This document shows positions 42,978 to 57,629 of a stretch of DNA of 64,000 bases, one piece after another. The stretch is from contig CT868006.1 of the NCBI GenBank assembly GCA_000165425.1, forward strand, positions 1 to 64,000, read 5' to 3'. Position 1 is the first letter of the stretch; each line of letters begins with the position of its first letter. The DNA comes from Paramecium tetraurelia (lineage: Eukaryota). The notes under the pieces are model-generated. The model searched no databases, was not told the DNA's origin, and saw nothing but the letters and a program-made list of their open reading frames with translations. Position numbers and translations under genes: made by a program.

Positions 42978-44740
42978 TCATCTTAACTTTGATTTTAGCT
43001 TAGCCTAATATTCTAAGTTCTCCTTCTATACTTTTTCTAGCAATTAGGATTTTTCTAAGACTTTCTAGCGTAATCTTTCAATCTCCTTATCTTACAATTC
43101 ACATTTACTCTAAAATTCATTGATAGTGATACTATTCATCTTTACTTCTTCTGATTATTTCTACAATTATTTATGTTATTGCACTAAATTTCTGTAATTC
43201 TCAGCTTACCTTGATAAATCACCTATCAAACTGTCATTCTATTATTTTAGAATATTGATTTCTCCTTCTTTAATCTATAAATTCTCTAAGATTTATTCTT
43301 GAGATTAATTTTTTCCATTAAGATTCATCAGATCTTTTAATTAGACTTACAATCTAAAGACTTACTCATCTTTCTATTTGATGATATTATTGAGTCTAGT
43401 GCATTCATCTCCTAACATATTAGTCTTACATTCCAATTCTCTAAAGTGTTATTAATATGATTATTGATTCTCTTTATATTAGGTTTCCAACTTCTGATTC
43501 ATCAATTTCAACTGTTAATTCTATTCCTTGTAACCAAGTAATTCCTATTCTAAAAATTAGATCAGCATTTATTTTTATTTGTGAAGATCACTGATTTCAT
43601 TCTAATGATTCTTCTCTTAATTTTCCAAAGAAGTTTATAATTTCTTAATTTAATTCTGCTCTTTAGTTTATTGCTATTATAAGAGACAGATCTACTCCTA
43701 CGATTTTCCACACATAGAAGTCAATTCACTAATCTTTTATTATAATGAATCCTTATGTTCATTATAAGTTTAAGACAAATGCTCAAAATCACTTTCAATA
43801 AGCTTCAATTTGTTTTATAAAATGGATTCGCTTGCAGTCTTTGTTTCAGCTACATCCTTGAATTTACTCAATTCCTAAGATATTTCCTTATTCTATTCTC
43901 TTTACTAAGTCAATTTAGACTTCAATTCAACAACGTGTTGTTCCTATGAACCAATCACAGCTTATTGTTTTAATAAAGTGAATTCCTAATCCTTTGATTA
44001 AGAATCGAATTATTAAATAGCATATGACAACTTCTCCTCCAATATGTTATTATTTTTCTTTAGATTTATTAATTGAGTTTCCTAGAATTTAATTATAATA
44101 TTTACCAATGCTTAAACAAGACTCTAATTCTTGTTGTCTGAACTAGAAATTTATGATAGGTTCTATTAGAGTCTAGCAATCTCTTGCTTTGCCTATTATT
44201 ATTCTTATCTCAACGCTTGTCTGTGTTTTGATTCCTATTACTCCATCTGATATTTCAAATTGGCTATGTCTTATTTCCAGCTTAGGTCTATTTATCTTAC
44301 TGAGTCATTGTGACTCTTCTCCTACAATTCACATTTGTGTTTATGGAAATCCAATTAATCCTATAATATTTATTAAGAATTCGTACTTTGAGTTCCTGGT
44401 TTTCCAGTGCTAATTTTGGATCTTGTTGCACAACTACTTGAGGTTCTTGAGTCTTTTCTTTCAACTTTTGATTCTCTATTTGTAATCTGTCTATTTCTTT
44501 AATAAAAGTTTCCAAATCCTATATTGAACAACTGGGCTTTGATTATTTAGAAGTCTATTGTGGAATTGTTACTGGAGATTAAGGAGGTAATTATGAATTT
44601 GATGATGTCAATGGTTGATAATTTGATACACCTGGTTTTATGAATGAGAATGGTTTTGCATCCTGCTTAGTTTCAGGTCGATTTTCTCTCTTATCGATTG
44701 AGTTATGTAGTGATAGCGGTTATCTATTGATTGAATTCAT
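42978..44740 (-). CDS. Long coiled-coil protein
   Basis: MNSINRQPLSL...; E/Q/K/L heptad-rich; TGA at 42978. Confidence 0.75.
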
Positions 44741-44851
44741 GGGGTAAATTATTAACGGATAAATATATAAATAAAATTTCTTATTATTTATCTCTCCTTT
44801 TAATATTGATTTTATTGATAAATTCAATTAAAATTATTTATTAATTACACT

Positions 44852-46172
44852 TCATCTGATTAATTCAACTCTGAATTACTCTTTACTAGTCTTATATATT
44901 CAATATTCTTTGTTTTTAATATTCTAAAGTAGAATTATGAAATAATAATCAAAATAATTGAGTGATATCCCAAAGATAATGATAGTTTGATAATTGATTA
45001 AGAAGTTAATTTAATATACATAAAGATTTCATTTCCTTAATTATCTTCTTCTTAAGATGGCTCAAGTTTTGATTGATAGAACTCTCCTAAACTTATTCAT
45101 CTTTATCATTTTCTTCAATTTCTTTTTCTTCTATAGAATAAAATTTAGAAGCATATTTTTCTTTTCTAACTTACAGTTTCTTGATCTGAGGAATTTCCTT
45201 GTCAATCATTTCTTCTAAAGATGATGCATAAATAGTAATAAACAATGAAGTAAAGATACTTGCTATTTCATGCTTATTGGAGATTGACCTTTTAATATAT
45301 TAAACTTTGATATATCATCATCTTTAGTATTCAAAATTTCATTAATTCCTTAAAGCAATAGTAAAAGTGAATTCGAATCCTAGATGTCTTTATTTTGTTT
45401 TCACCTACTTTATTTTATGATTATTGAGTTTCATTCTGCTAGAAAACAAACTCTATTTCCTTCTTTATTCTTCTATTTATTTATTGGATAATCTGTTTTA
45501 CAATTCTAGGTTATCTTTAAAGTTCCTTAATCCTGTAGTTATTCTATCAATTTTTTAGCTTACTCATACACATTTTATTCTAGTTGATTCTGTATGATTT
45601 AATCCTTGAATTCTCCAAAAACTTATCTAAGCAATTTGATTTGTTTTTATTTGGACGTTCCTTAGATAGAATAATGAATAGGATTCATTTTATTGAATTG
45701 TTATCTATTCCCAATAACCTACTACTCTAATTGTTAAATAGTTAATTGAAGTTCTTGATTCTATTTTAATAATTAATCATTTTATTCTCTCTCTATCAAA
45801 TGTTGATGATTGATCAGATTCATAACAGTTTACTAATCAAACGACTACTTTCTTAATTTATCTTGTTCAGCTTACAAATTTTAATTTAAAATTCAATTCC
45901 TTTTGAATTTTCTAACTTTCCTATAATTCTTATTTTAATTATTGAAGAGTCTTCTCTAAATGATTCTTTTCACTACTCCATTTTTATTCTTAAATTTGAA
46001 ATTCATTTGAAAATTATGAGCATTATTCTTTTTTTATCACTTCTGATTCCTTCTTTAATTGATTAACTTAGACTTTTAACTTATTGTTCTCTAATTTCAA
46101 CTTAGCTAATTCCACTTCATATTCTTTAAGTTAGGTATCAAAATCAGAAAGATCTGCTTCTTTAATTGACAT
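44852..46172 (-). CDS. Coiled-coil protein
   Basis: MSIKEADLSDFDTQLKEYEVELAKLKLENNKLK...; ends ELIR*. Confidence 0.7.
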
Positions 46173-46239
46173 TTATTTTTGAAATATAATAATAAAATAA
46201 TGTAAATAGCTTTTGAATTCGTTTTTAATAATTTTATTA

Positions 46240-47448
46240 ATGAAAATCTTGGTGCTTTGCTTAATAGCCTTAGCTATTGCAGATAAGTTCGATCAATTCA
46301 GAGCATTTGATTAAGATGAATTTGGCAGAACATTGATAGATACTCTCTAAATGCAAATGAGTACAGGTGAACCTATTGCTCGTTTCATTGAAATTATGAG
46401 AAACCTAGAAACCTCAATTGAGAACGAACAAAAGGAAGATGATAAAGCCAACAATGAATATTAGAATCAATGCACTGAAGACATTAAAGTATTACAATAA
46501 GAGAGTGCAAACTTGGAAAGAAGAACAGTCGAAATCCAATCAATTTTGGATGAATTAGAGCCATTAAGATCATACAAATAAGGTTAAGCTGATGCCAAGA
46601 ATGCATGGAAGGTTGAAACGGAGAAGAAATTAGCTGATTTAGTAAAGAAGAGAGAAACAGAGAAGGCTGAGTTTGATAAAAAGGTAGAAGAACACGATTA
46701 TGCAACATTCGTTATTGAAACAGTTAGAAGAATGTTTTCAGATAAAAATTAGAGTTTCTTATAAATGAACAACGAAGCATAATGGTAAAAAGTTAGAGAT
46801 TACTTCATTAATGCTTCTGAATAAGCAAGTATTACAGATTGTTATATTTTTAGAGAAATTTGAAATCAAAAAGAGTTATTCCAAGATGTTCAATGTTTTT
46901 GCTGAAATTGCCAATGCTGCTTAAGCTGAAGACTTTTAGAATTCCCCAACTGTTAATAGAATTGTTAATTTATGTGATTTGATGCTTAAACAAATTGAAG
47001 ACAGCAAGGCTTTGGAAACTAAGGCAGAATAAAAGAGATTGAATATGTTTGTATTGGAGAAAGGAAACTTTGATAAAGATTTGACAAGTTTGAACAATGC
47101 TCTTGCCTAATTGACTGCTGCCATCTTAGGTTTGGATAACAGAATCTAAGATCAAAAAAGAGACTTAAGTGACTACAATGCTAGATTGGATGCCAAAAAC
47201 AAATAGAGTGAAGATAGAGGAGGTGAATGCAGAGAAAAGGCTTACAATTACTAATTAACCAGAGAGAAGAGGTACTTGCTATTTCATAACTCTATATTAG
47301 AGAATAGAAAAGACAATTGGTATCTCAAATCATTGGTGCCTTCTCAGCTAACTAAAGAGATTTCGCAGAGTACGTTAAACTTAGAGGATAGGCTGGAGAT
47401 TTCAGAGGAAAGAACTTTTAGGTCTTGGGCAACCCCACGGAAGATTGA
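46240..47448 (+). CDS. Trichocyst matrix protein precursor (TMP / granule lattice family)
   Basis: MKILVLCLIALAIADKFDQFRAFDQDEFGRTLIDTLQMQMSTGEPIARFIEIMRNLETSIENEQKEDD...QC; signal plus pro-region plus acidic coiled coils; two tiny introns. Confidence 0.85.
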
Positions 47449-47547
47449 ATATGAATAATATCATATTAAATTATTAGTAACTATGTTCTAGAATTTCTAT
47501 AACGATTAATTCAGAAGAATTGTTCTTTCAGATAATGATTAATAATT

Positions 47548-47938
47548 ATGAAGAATCACTACATCACCTTGGGAATAGAGAGGAATGCCCAGCAATAATA
47601 AATAAAGGAAGCATATCATAGATTAGCTTTAAAATGGCATCCAGTATGTTATATAATTAATCTATTATTAGGATAAGAATACAAACTGCAGAGCTTAGGC
47701 TATTACGCAATTCCAAGAGATTAACGAGGCCTATAACACACTATCTCAGTCAGAAAGCAAGAGGAAGTATGATAGTAAATTGGAACGACATGATCATTCA
47801 TAAAAACTGAAATATTTTCTGGAACAAATTGAAGAAAGGAGCGAAGAATTTACATATTTAAATAAAGATGATTAAGATATTTTGAATCGATTCATCAATA
47901 GGATTAACAATAAAAGCAAAAGAATAAGGAAGTATTGA
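47548..47938 (+). CDS. Small DnaJ-domain protein
   Basis: NHYITLGI...IKEAYHRLALKWHP|intron|DKN...FQEINEAYNTLS...RKYD. Confidence 0.9.
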
Positions 47939-48061
47939 TGAAAATATAAGTCTATTTATTTCTTTGATTCTTATAATTTAATGATTAAGTATGTGATAAA
48001 TTTATGGTCATTAATTTTTATAATTATTTTTTGTGTAAACTATAAAATAGTCATTAAACTA

Positions 48062-49771
48062 ATGAAAGTTAATCAAAGTGTTGAAACTAATGTAAATAAA
48101 AACACTGTTTATTCTGAGTAAGTTGCGGAAGAATAGGAAAATCAGTAAGAAAAGTCTTCTCTTAAATATATTGTGTTAATCTTAGCATGCCTCTTAATGT
48201 TTGGAAATAATTACTCTTTCGATAATCCCCAAGCTCTTCAGAGACAATTGACCCAGGACTTGGATATCAGCATCTCCAAATATAATCTTTTGTATACTGC
48301 TTTTTCATTTCCGAATATATTCCTAACTCTCATCGGTGGAATGATTATCGATGTTTTAGGTAAATTCAATATCTAATGCCCAAAGGTATAAGAGTCGCTA
48401 TAACGGGATTCAGTGCGATAGTAGTGATTGCTTAGACCATCATAGCATTCGGAGGTTTATTTAAGAGTTTCTGGATAATGTTGGCAGGTAGAGTACTTTT
48501 TGGTAGTGCTTCCGAGAGTCTACTAATAGCACAGACAGCCATGATTGGTAAATGGTTTAGAGGGAAGGAATTATCGACAGCCATTGGTTATATTATGACC
48601 ATGCCAGAAATAGCATCAGCAGCCAATTCCTTTGTCACACCCACAATCTACGATCATTTTAATGGCCTCACTTATCCATTATTCTTCAGTGTTTTTTTAT
48701 GCTTTCTGTCATTCATTTGTGGAGTAGTTCTGTGTATTTTGGATAGAAACAACGATAAAAAGTAGAAAGGTAAACTAATAATGTAAACCAAAAGGGTTAT
48801 AGTTCGTTTATAAAGATAATGCCAGTGAAAAGAGTGAATAGGTTGAAAAGGTATCCTTCAAAGATATCAAAAGTCTAAATGGTACCTTTTGGATCTTAAT
48901 TTTGATATGCACACTTGCAATGGGAGCATATGTACCCTTCTTAGATGATGCTAATGATTTCCTTCAAGAAAAGTTCGAATTCAGTTATGTGTAATCTGGG
49001 AGGATCCTAACTTTGACATATCTAGCCGCTGGTATTAATGTAATATATATAGCTATTACTAGTCCATTCTTAGGTCCATATGTGGATAAGGTGGGCAAGA
49101 GACGATTTTTCATCTTAATCACTTGTCTCTTTTTTTCTGCCACTCATTTCCTCTTTGGTTTTATGAAGTCAGGCTATCATGATAAGCCTAATTGGTTTTC
49201 AATTATTCCATTGATAACATTGGGAATGTCATATTCCCTATATTGTTGTGTTTTAATACCATCAGTGTAGTATGTAGTCCAATAAAGAGTCATAGGAACT
49301 GCATTTGGAATTTTGGGGATGTTTACTAGTACATCTATGGCCTTATTCCCAATTTTGGCTGGGTATATAGTTGAGGAAGCCACTTCTAAGGAGGAAGGAT
49401 ATTCAACTGTTGGATTCTTCTATTGTGGAGTGTCAATATTTGGGCTCATCTTTACAATCTCGCTTTACTTTTTTGACAAACAAAGTTCGATTATTTTAGA
49501 TTTTGTAAACCCTGAAAATCCGACTAAGGAGGAAAAAGAAATAATGAAAAGCATCAAATAAGCAAACAATGAGTAATTAGGGGTTTTCGAAGACATTGAT
49601 GATGATTTATTGAAAATTGAAGGGGAGGAAAATGATGATGATGAAAATGTTAAAAATGATGGGTTTTGGGAGAAAAATCAAAGGTATCTTGTATCAAGTA
49701 AGGGATTTTCGACCCCTAAGTTGGCAGCTAATAAAACAGTGCATGAAAGAACTGGGTCACTGTATTATTGA
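48062..49771 (+). CDS. MFS transporter, MFSD1-like
   Basis: LMFGNNYSFDNPQAL; YNLLYTAFSFPNIFLTLIGGMIIDVLG; GRVLFGSASESL...WFRGKELSTAIG; 12-TM pattern. Confidence 0.9.
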
Positions 49772-49794
49772 TAGTTAATTAATTATAATAAAAT

Positions 49795-50397
49795 ATGAAT
49801 AAGAATAAATTATTAAGAGTAAAAACTTTAGATCATCTATTTAATTATTCTCCTTAAATTAAGTCATAAGTTGTAGAGGATAGTTTGTCCACTAAAAAGT
49901 TTAGAGTATTCACCTTCTCTGACAAATTACCATATCAAGAGAATATAGGTAAAATATCAACACCCAAACTTATGGTAAGTTTGCAGTCCAATAAATCATT
50001 CCAAAGTTTGACCAAACTAGAAAAAGCAATCCATTTTCACAATAGAAAGAATAGTTTTTAGCATCATACACATCTTAATTAACTACTTCATGATGATTAG
50101 TATTAAAAGATTATATCAATCAAAATGGAAGATGTAGATCCATTTTTCAAAAAGGCTTCACCTTTAAAATAAGAAATCAAACCCAATGAGCAGAAATAGA
50201 AGAATAATCTCTTAAGAAAACTATAAGTGCAAAAATAATTAAGGGATGATGAGTTTTAACACCAAAATTAAGAAAAAATTAGATTACTCAATTAATAGAT
50301 TAATCACTCTCCAGGATCTCGATATTATAAAACATACATTCATAAACATGGTTATAGATAGCCAGAATTCTTAAATGATGTTGAAATTATTTAATGA
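49795..50397 (+). CDS. Hypothetical protein, 200 aa
   Basis: 603-nt code-6 ORF ending KHGYRQPEFLNDVEIIQ*. Confidence 0.65.
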
Positions 50398-50423
50398 TAA
50401 ATAGATCATTAAACAAAAATAAT

Positions 50424-52254
50424 TCATTAATCAAGTGATTAAAAGGATTCCTGAAATGAAGTATTCTGCTTTTCATTTACTCTTTTCTATTTCCATTTAT
50501 CAACTAAGTTATTAGATTATAGAAATTCTAATTTATTCTAAAATTATTATAATATTATTATACCATAGACAACTTTTATTCATTCTAAAAATACTCCATC
50601 GATGTTTATTGTGGAGTTTACCAAAAACCCTAAGCTTGCTACTATTACGGAGCAATATTTGGTGACAAATTCTCAGGATACGGACTCCTAATCAAAAGAG
50701 GTGATACACCCATATTATACGGATTATTACTATTATTATACAGATACATGGCTTAGGCAGGAGTGTATACCATAGGAGTTTGATTAATTTGCGGAAAAGG
50801 AGAAATTAGGTTATAATTTTAGTGATAATTCATTAAATATTATCCCATTAACATTTAAACAGGAGTTTATTAAATTTATGGTTACACTTCCTCTTAATAA
50901 TTTCTAAATCCTTAGTATAAGTATTAATTGGATTATTAGATTGGAGATTGTTAAACTTATTTAAATCCAAATTAATCGTTTTTTAATTCTTCTATTTTTT
51001 AAAAGGAAGGTTAAATATTATAATATAAAGTATTAGGAGTTGAGAGTTCTTTTTTATTATTTTCATTTATTAATTACTATTAGAAATGTTACTGAATTTT
51101 CTATTATTGTTCAAATGTATATTATTATTACTATTATGGTTCTACTTAAATATCTTGTCTATTTTCTTCTATTTTAATTTTATTGCCTTGCTATTTTGAT
51201 GTCATTTACAAATCCTTGGATGACTTAACTTTAATTTGCTGATCAATTTGTAAAACATCCTTAATAGCCTTTCTTTTCTTTGTTTAGACTTCGATTTGCT
51301 CGATTTTATTAGGTTCTTTTTGAGTAGTTTTAGATTTAACTTATCTCAAATAAGTCATTCTGATTTGGGACTCTTCTTTTTGTGGTTCTTAGATTTATTA
51401 TTCATCTTGTTTATTCAAATACTCCTTTATTGCTTCTAATTCTTCAATATCATCATCATCTTCATCTTTGTATATTTTTTGGATTAGACTCTTAAATCTA
51501 TTTTAAAGATGTAAATTATGACCTGTTTTTGACTTGATTTTCTGTTCTTCCATCCAAAAGACTAGAAATGAGTGACCATCTCTTCCCATTCTTAACGACC
51601 ATGTTCAATAATTGAAGATCTTCTTATTGGCTCCAATTAGTTCTATTGATTTGATTAATTTTTGATACTTCTTCAGTTTTGGGTTTAAATAATTCATCCA
51701 TCTCTCTCTAACCTATTTTGGGGTTCTGATGTATTATCCATTGTTTTAATTATACAATTCAAGAGCGATATGTGTCCAAATATGTTTTTCATCCTATTCA
51801 CTTTATTACGAATGAGAATATTGAATACTTCATAAGCGATCGTATGATTTCATCCTCTTCTGGATCCCAATTTATACTCTTAGAAACTGGGTTAATAAGA
51901 GTTATCCATCTTTATTTAAGAGTGACTTCATCTATTTTTAGAATATTTGACAATTATCCCCATTCATCTTGAGTAGGATTGATAGTCTTCTTATTTTTCA
52001 ATTAAAAGAATTTGCCCATAATCCAGATGAACATCATCTTGCATTATTTGTCCCATTTACGCTTGATGCTTGCTTTTTCTTCAGACAGTAATCTATAATG
52101 GTTTCATAATAAAATTATACTTTTGTGCAATTGAATCAAAATGTTTACTGTTAGGATTGATGAAGTTTTCTTTAATTTTGAATTAATTTCGAAATGGAAA
52201 GGAAAGCTCTGAATTTTTAAGAGAACCCAATTCTTGTAAAAATCCATTAAACAT
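50424..52254 (-). CDS. Three-repeat Myb-like transcription factor
   Basis: KRKWD...KQRWITLINP; INWDPEEDEII...WTHIA...RTPKQVRERWMNYLNP; NWSQQEDLQLL...GKRWSLISSLLDGRTENQVKNRF; Q/P-rich C-terminus. Confidence 0.9.
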
Positions 52255-52838
52255 TAATTAAGTATAATTTATACTATAAAAAAGATAAAAACATAATTAA
52301 ATCTAGGGAATGTGCAACTTATCATTTCAAAACATTATTAACACAACAATGTCCTATTCAATTTTACATTTTAAAAGCTATTAATCCTCAAAATGTATTA
52401 ATTATCTTCCATCTCAAAATAGGAGAGTCTCGTCCTTTAAATTGAATAGAGAATTAGAAATTAATGTCTGGATTGTTTATAATTTGATGAAGTGATTTTC
52501 AATGATAAAACAAAATATTGGATGACGAATAGAATAGAAAAAAATAATCAACTCTTTTGATGGAAAACCATAGTCAAAGATGTTGGTTTGCTAGTCTAAT
52601 TGAATTAAGTACAAAGATTTAGTATGATTTCTAAATTATTTAGCAGAGAACGACGATGTCAGTTAAAATTTTTTACCTTCATCACTATATCAATATTTGG
52701 CGTATTTGATCAGAAGAACGGAATATTCTTTCAGATAATCATAATGAAAATTGAGATGTAGATTATTAATTGATTTTAATGACTTTGATACTAATATAAA
52801 TGTGAATTGAAAAACCAAAATTATTAATTAATTTAAAC

Positions 52839-53459
52839 ATGCTTTATAAACCTATACAATATCCTGAGTCTAGAGCTCTGGATAGGATTACACTACAACA
52901 ACCGAAATCTCATTTATTGCCTGAAATCCAAATGAACTAACAATTTAAATCGCTCCAAAATATACCACATTCAAGTAGAGTGAATGATGGATTATTGTCT
53001 TACAGAAATAGTCTATTTGATCAAATATAAGAACCTCTGACGTAGAGATCAACTTACAATTCAATCATCAAGAATAAGAAATTCTCTTTGAACCAAGAAC
53101 AATAGAGTTAAAAAAAAGGACTATTAGTCAAATTTGAAGATATGGGAATCTAAAATAATTAACCAAAAAGTATTTTGAAAAGGAAAAATTCGAACAGTAG
53201 TCAACACTCAGATGTTTTAGATTTCTTCGAATTAGTGGAAGAATAAGCTTTACCTGTACGGAACAAGAAGCATATTATTCTTGAACCTTTACAATCTACT
53301 CCTTCTCCACAAATGGCGAATGCTATTTCACCTAAAAGAGTCTCCTTCAATAAATAAATCTAAATAAAATTGATCAGTGATGATTATACTGAATCTAATG
53401 AAAAAAGAGTTTAAAGTAGACACCATTTACGTAGATAGATGACAGACTTCATAAATTGA
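52839..53459 (+). CDS. Hypothetical low-complexity protein with KSILK and KRVSF motifs, 206 aa
   Basis: 621-nt code-6 ORF; KSILK at 53166, SPKRVSF at 53328-53348. Confidence 0.7.
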
Positions 53460-53501
53460 TAACATTCATATAAAAATTTATATTTAAATATATATATTAT
53501 A

Positions 53502-54548
53502 ATGTCAAACAATTAAATCATATACTAATAGTAAGAAGAACAAAGATCTCTCTTTTCTCGATTGTGTGCTTGTTTGCAAATATTTAATGGCAAAAAGAAA
53601 CGAGGAACGCAAAATCAATATCATGCAGAAATTGACACACCCAAATCATCCTTCATTGTATTAATAAACAATTAATTCTCAGTTTGGATAAAAGAAAACT
53701 ATTGTCTTGGATTTAGATGAAACATTAGTGCACAGTCAATTTCAGCCAATGGATAATTGCGATCTTTGCTTAGATGTACAATTCTCCTTTTACATAAGAT
53801 TGTCGTTTAATCATAAAATTTCAAAGTTTATGTGCTTGTACGACCTGGGGCTAAACAATTCATTGATGAACTAAGCAATTTTTATGACATTATCTTATGG
53901 ACTGCAAGTCTCAAGGAATATGCTTAGCCCGTGATGGACTTTGTTGATCCAAACAAGAAGGCCATCGATAGATTATTTAGAGAAAGCTGCACCATTATCA
54001 AAGGGGGATTGACTAAGGACCTGAGTATATTGGGCAGAGATTTGAAAGATATTATCATTGTTGATGTAAGTATAACTTAATTTCATATAAGAATTCAATC
54101 CTATCATTCACACTGAATCCAGACAATGGTTTCAAAGTCAGGGACTTCTTCTATGATAAATCAGATAGAGAACTTGAATAGATTCTCCCATTTTTGGTCT
54201 GGATCTCATAAGTAATCTAAATTAAAATTAAATAAGCTTCCTGATGTGAGACCAGTGGCTACATAATATCAGTAATTTATAAATTCATCTCCTGAATAGT
54301 TAAATGAACGAAGGAATGGCAGCATTGTGCCACTTGATCAACAAAAGTTTTCAAGTCTCTCCAGATCTTTCACTATTCAAAGGGAAAAAATCAAGAAAGC
54401 TTCCATAATTAGAACTTTAACACTATCTCAAAATGACGATGAGGAATTCGATGAAATTGTCATCAAAAAACAAATCAAATAAGGTGTCATCTCAAAATAG
54501 GATCAAGCCAATGATAGTGAAAAGGAGACATTTGAAATTGGTAATTGA
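53502..54548 (+). CDS. CTD small phosphatase / NLI-interacting factor (HAD, FCP1/SCP family)
   Basis: KKTIVLDLDETLVHS; VRPG; WTASLKEYA; RLFRESC; KDLSILGRDL...IIVD. Confidence 0.92.
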
Positions 54549-54612
54549 TTATTATAAATGTCTTATATTATTATATAATTATATTAATAATAATATAATA
54601 CAATTTGCAAAT

Positions 54613-57543
54613 ATGCATTAAATAACAACTCTTGAAACTGACACTCCCAAAAAATTGGTACAAAATCTCTTATATTTTGTAAGAATAAATTTTCTGTGAG
54701 ATCATTGGCATTGCCCAGAATAACCTTGGTTGGTTTTGAAAAATCGCCTTATCATAGTGGAATTCACGAACACTCTAGTAATGTCCCTAAACGTTATAAC
54801 AGATAGTATTATAAGATCCAGCAATCTGCCAAGGAACGAGATCTGATTAGCGATGTTAACTGAATTGGTTATTGTTTAGAAAGATGTATATGCCACGCTT
54901 TCAAATAATCATGAAGAACCTTACCTAGACCGTAAGCCTAAAGACCTTGTTGGAGACGACGCCTATAAATCTTACTATCACACTTTCAAAAATATCAAGC
55001 GAATTCTAGAATAGAATCAATTTGAGAATATCACAAGTAGTTCTTGCTAGAATGTATTTAGATTCCGTTTAAACCAATCTAATCCAAAGAGCAGAAAAGC
55101 TTAAAATATTACCTTGCAAAATGGGCCTCATCAAACTCAAAGGAGATAAGAATTCCATCGCAATTTAAAACCAGAAATTTGGTGACAAATATGTAGAGGT
55201 GTTGTCAGAAGGACTGAAAACATTGCCAACTATCCAAGATTTCAATTTCAATCGCAATAGAATCAAAGAACATGGAGCTTCGTAGTTGTTTCCATTAATC
55301 AGCAAACAAGCTAGAATTATTGAGTTTCAAACTAATTCCATCGGATAGAAAGGTCTTGAACCAATTCTATAATGTTTGCCATTGTAGACATGCAAGTATA
55401 TTTGAATTGCAATCTCAAGGATCTAGATTCTCAATTTAGAAGATAATTAATTAGGAGACACATTAATTTCAGACTTGTGTAAGGCCATGAGTAAGAATCC
55501 ATCTGTAGAGATGCTCAATATATCAAAGAATAATATTACAAATGCTGCATATTTATCGATAAAGTCAATGATTGAATAAAATGACACTCTTCTTGAATTA
55601 TATTTGAGATGGAATTCAATTAAAGGATCTGGAGGTCTTGAAATATTCAAGGTCCTTCAAACCAATAAAAATATTAAGGTTCTAGACTTCTCTTATAATT
55701 TACTTGGAGCTGGGAATGTCATTATTACAGCTCTCAAAGACTTTATAATTGAAAATAAAACAGTATAACATTTGGATTTGTCTGCAAATGGATTCTCATA
55801 CCAAGATTGCCTCTAAATTTCAGAAGCCTTAAAGTCAAATCACTCTATTTACGGATTCCACTTTAGAGGCAATTTTGGTTATGTGGATTCAAAAGGATTT
55901 CTAATTATAGACAACAATATGAAAAATTATAATTCTATCCATGTAGATCAAAGAATCAAAGGAGTATCTCCAAATCCAAAGCCATATGAACACTCTTCTC
56001 ATTTTGAGAAATTAAAAGATGTTTGCTGGATTTGTGATGAATGGTAAATGAGTACTTTTGAGTGGATTCCCAGTATTTTTAATTAATTATTTTATAGATC
56101 AAAGTGGAGCATGTTCTGAAGAACCCATATTTATACATTTTGATTATGAAGGTTTTGAGCCTATATTTTTAGGGAAACCTGATTCAAATGGTAATTTTAA
56201 GACTCATCGAATGATTCCAAATGGAGATATAGAGTATTTCTACACTGCTAATTCCATTTAAATAGCCAGTCAATCTGCCCCAACCAAATAACATATTGAG
56301 AAGTTCAGAACCAAGGTTACAATAGCAGATCAAGTGATTAATGTGTTGATAGATGAAACTAACCTCGAAAAGTTCTCTAAATCCAAACCAGTCATCGAAG
56401 ATTGGTATCCTACATATGATGTTTTACCAAGAACCTAGGATCCAATCTATATTCCAGCAAAAAGAAAGAAGCAAAAACGAATTTGGACTTATCCAATCTC
56501 AATTTGGGCTCCAAAGTATAAATTCGATACTGAAGAATTACTGAGGAAATGCTTTGAAAGAGATTGGGCTTGTTGTAAGATAGCGAAGTTTGTGAAGAAA
56601 TAGGAGGAGTAGGATCAAGTAAAGGAAATGTTATGGCAAGCCTATAAACCAATGAGAGAGACTTATCGATTTTATGCAAGTGTAAATCCTACTGGAGATG
56701 TGTTTTCAATGTCAGTGAATCCAACTTCTGATTTTGTGAACTAATGTTAGTTGATAGATGGTAAACAATTGAAATTGGCTGATGTGGATCTGAAATTTAT
56801 AGCAACTTGCAGTGCTTCATCTATAGATTGGAAGGGGAACTACAGAAACCCTGAAAGGTCTTTGGTGAGATATCAGATGATGGAATTCTTAGTTAGATTG
56901 TCAGATGATAAATATGTGAGATTCAATCCTTAGGTCAATATTGTTTAGGCAACTAGAATGATTTTGGATTAGTGTATGCCTCATTTGTCTTAATTTGATT
57001 GTCATAAATGGAGAGCTGAACGTTACTTTGTTGAGTAATGTGATGATGTTTGTAAGAAATACAAATGGGTTATCGATTATGTTTACATGAGGAATTCATA
57101 AAAGAAGGTTAAGCCAGGTTAACCGCCTTTTATGTGTTTGGATGAATTGAAAGACATTTGTAATAAAGCCAATTTGTATGATGAGAATTTTGTTGAAAGA
57201 GATGTAAATTTAGCTTTTAATTTATCCATGTTGACATAAGTTGATGAATTGGAAAGTGATAGATTGTTCTAAATGCAATGGATCGAGTTTATGGAGGCTG
57301 TTGCTAGGATTTCTGAAAAATATTCACCAATTGCAATTGGGAAGAAAGAGGAAGTAAATTTAAGTTTATAAAGTTTAGAAAGAGTGGAATTATGAATTAA
57401 GATTTTAATAGCCTTTATATTATAAACTCGAGGCCTTTATGGTTCATTTAATTAATACACTGGTTGATGATGAGACTAAAAAGAATTGGAAGTAGCCGAC
57501 CATTTCTATGTTTGACGAAGTTGAAGAAGATGAATATTATTGA
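54613..57543 (+). CDS. Leucine-rich repeat (RI-like) protein
   Basis: Repeated LxxLxLxxNxI units (LNLEDNQLGD, LNISKNNIT, LYLRWNSIKGSG, LDFSYNLLG, LDLSANGF); long C-terminal domain. Confidence 0.85.
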
Positions 57544-57629
57544 AATATGTAATGTTACATTTACGTGCGTATTATTTATAATAATTACATAATAAGTGCA
57601 TCATAAAAGAGTTAATTATAAAAAATACA

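Noticed and set aside
51480..51560. Suspected frameshift in Myb repeat 3
   Set aside because: Re-reading shows an intact LLDGRTENQVKNR|intron|FKSL; no lesion.
52300..52810. Short plus-strand ORFs between the Myb gene and the SILK/RVxF gene
   Set aside because: They are short, lack motifs and have ambiguous starts.
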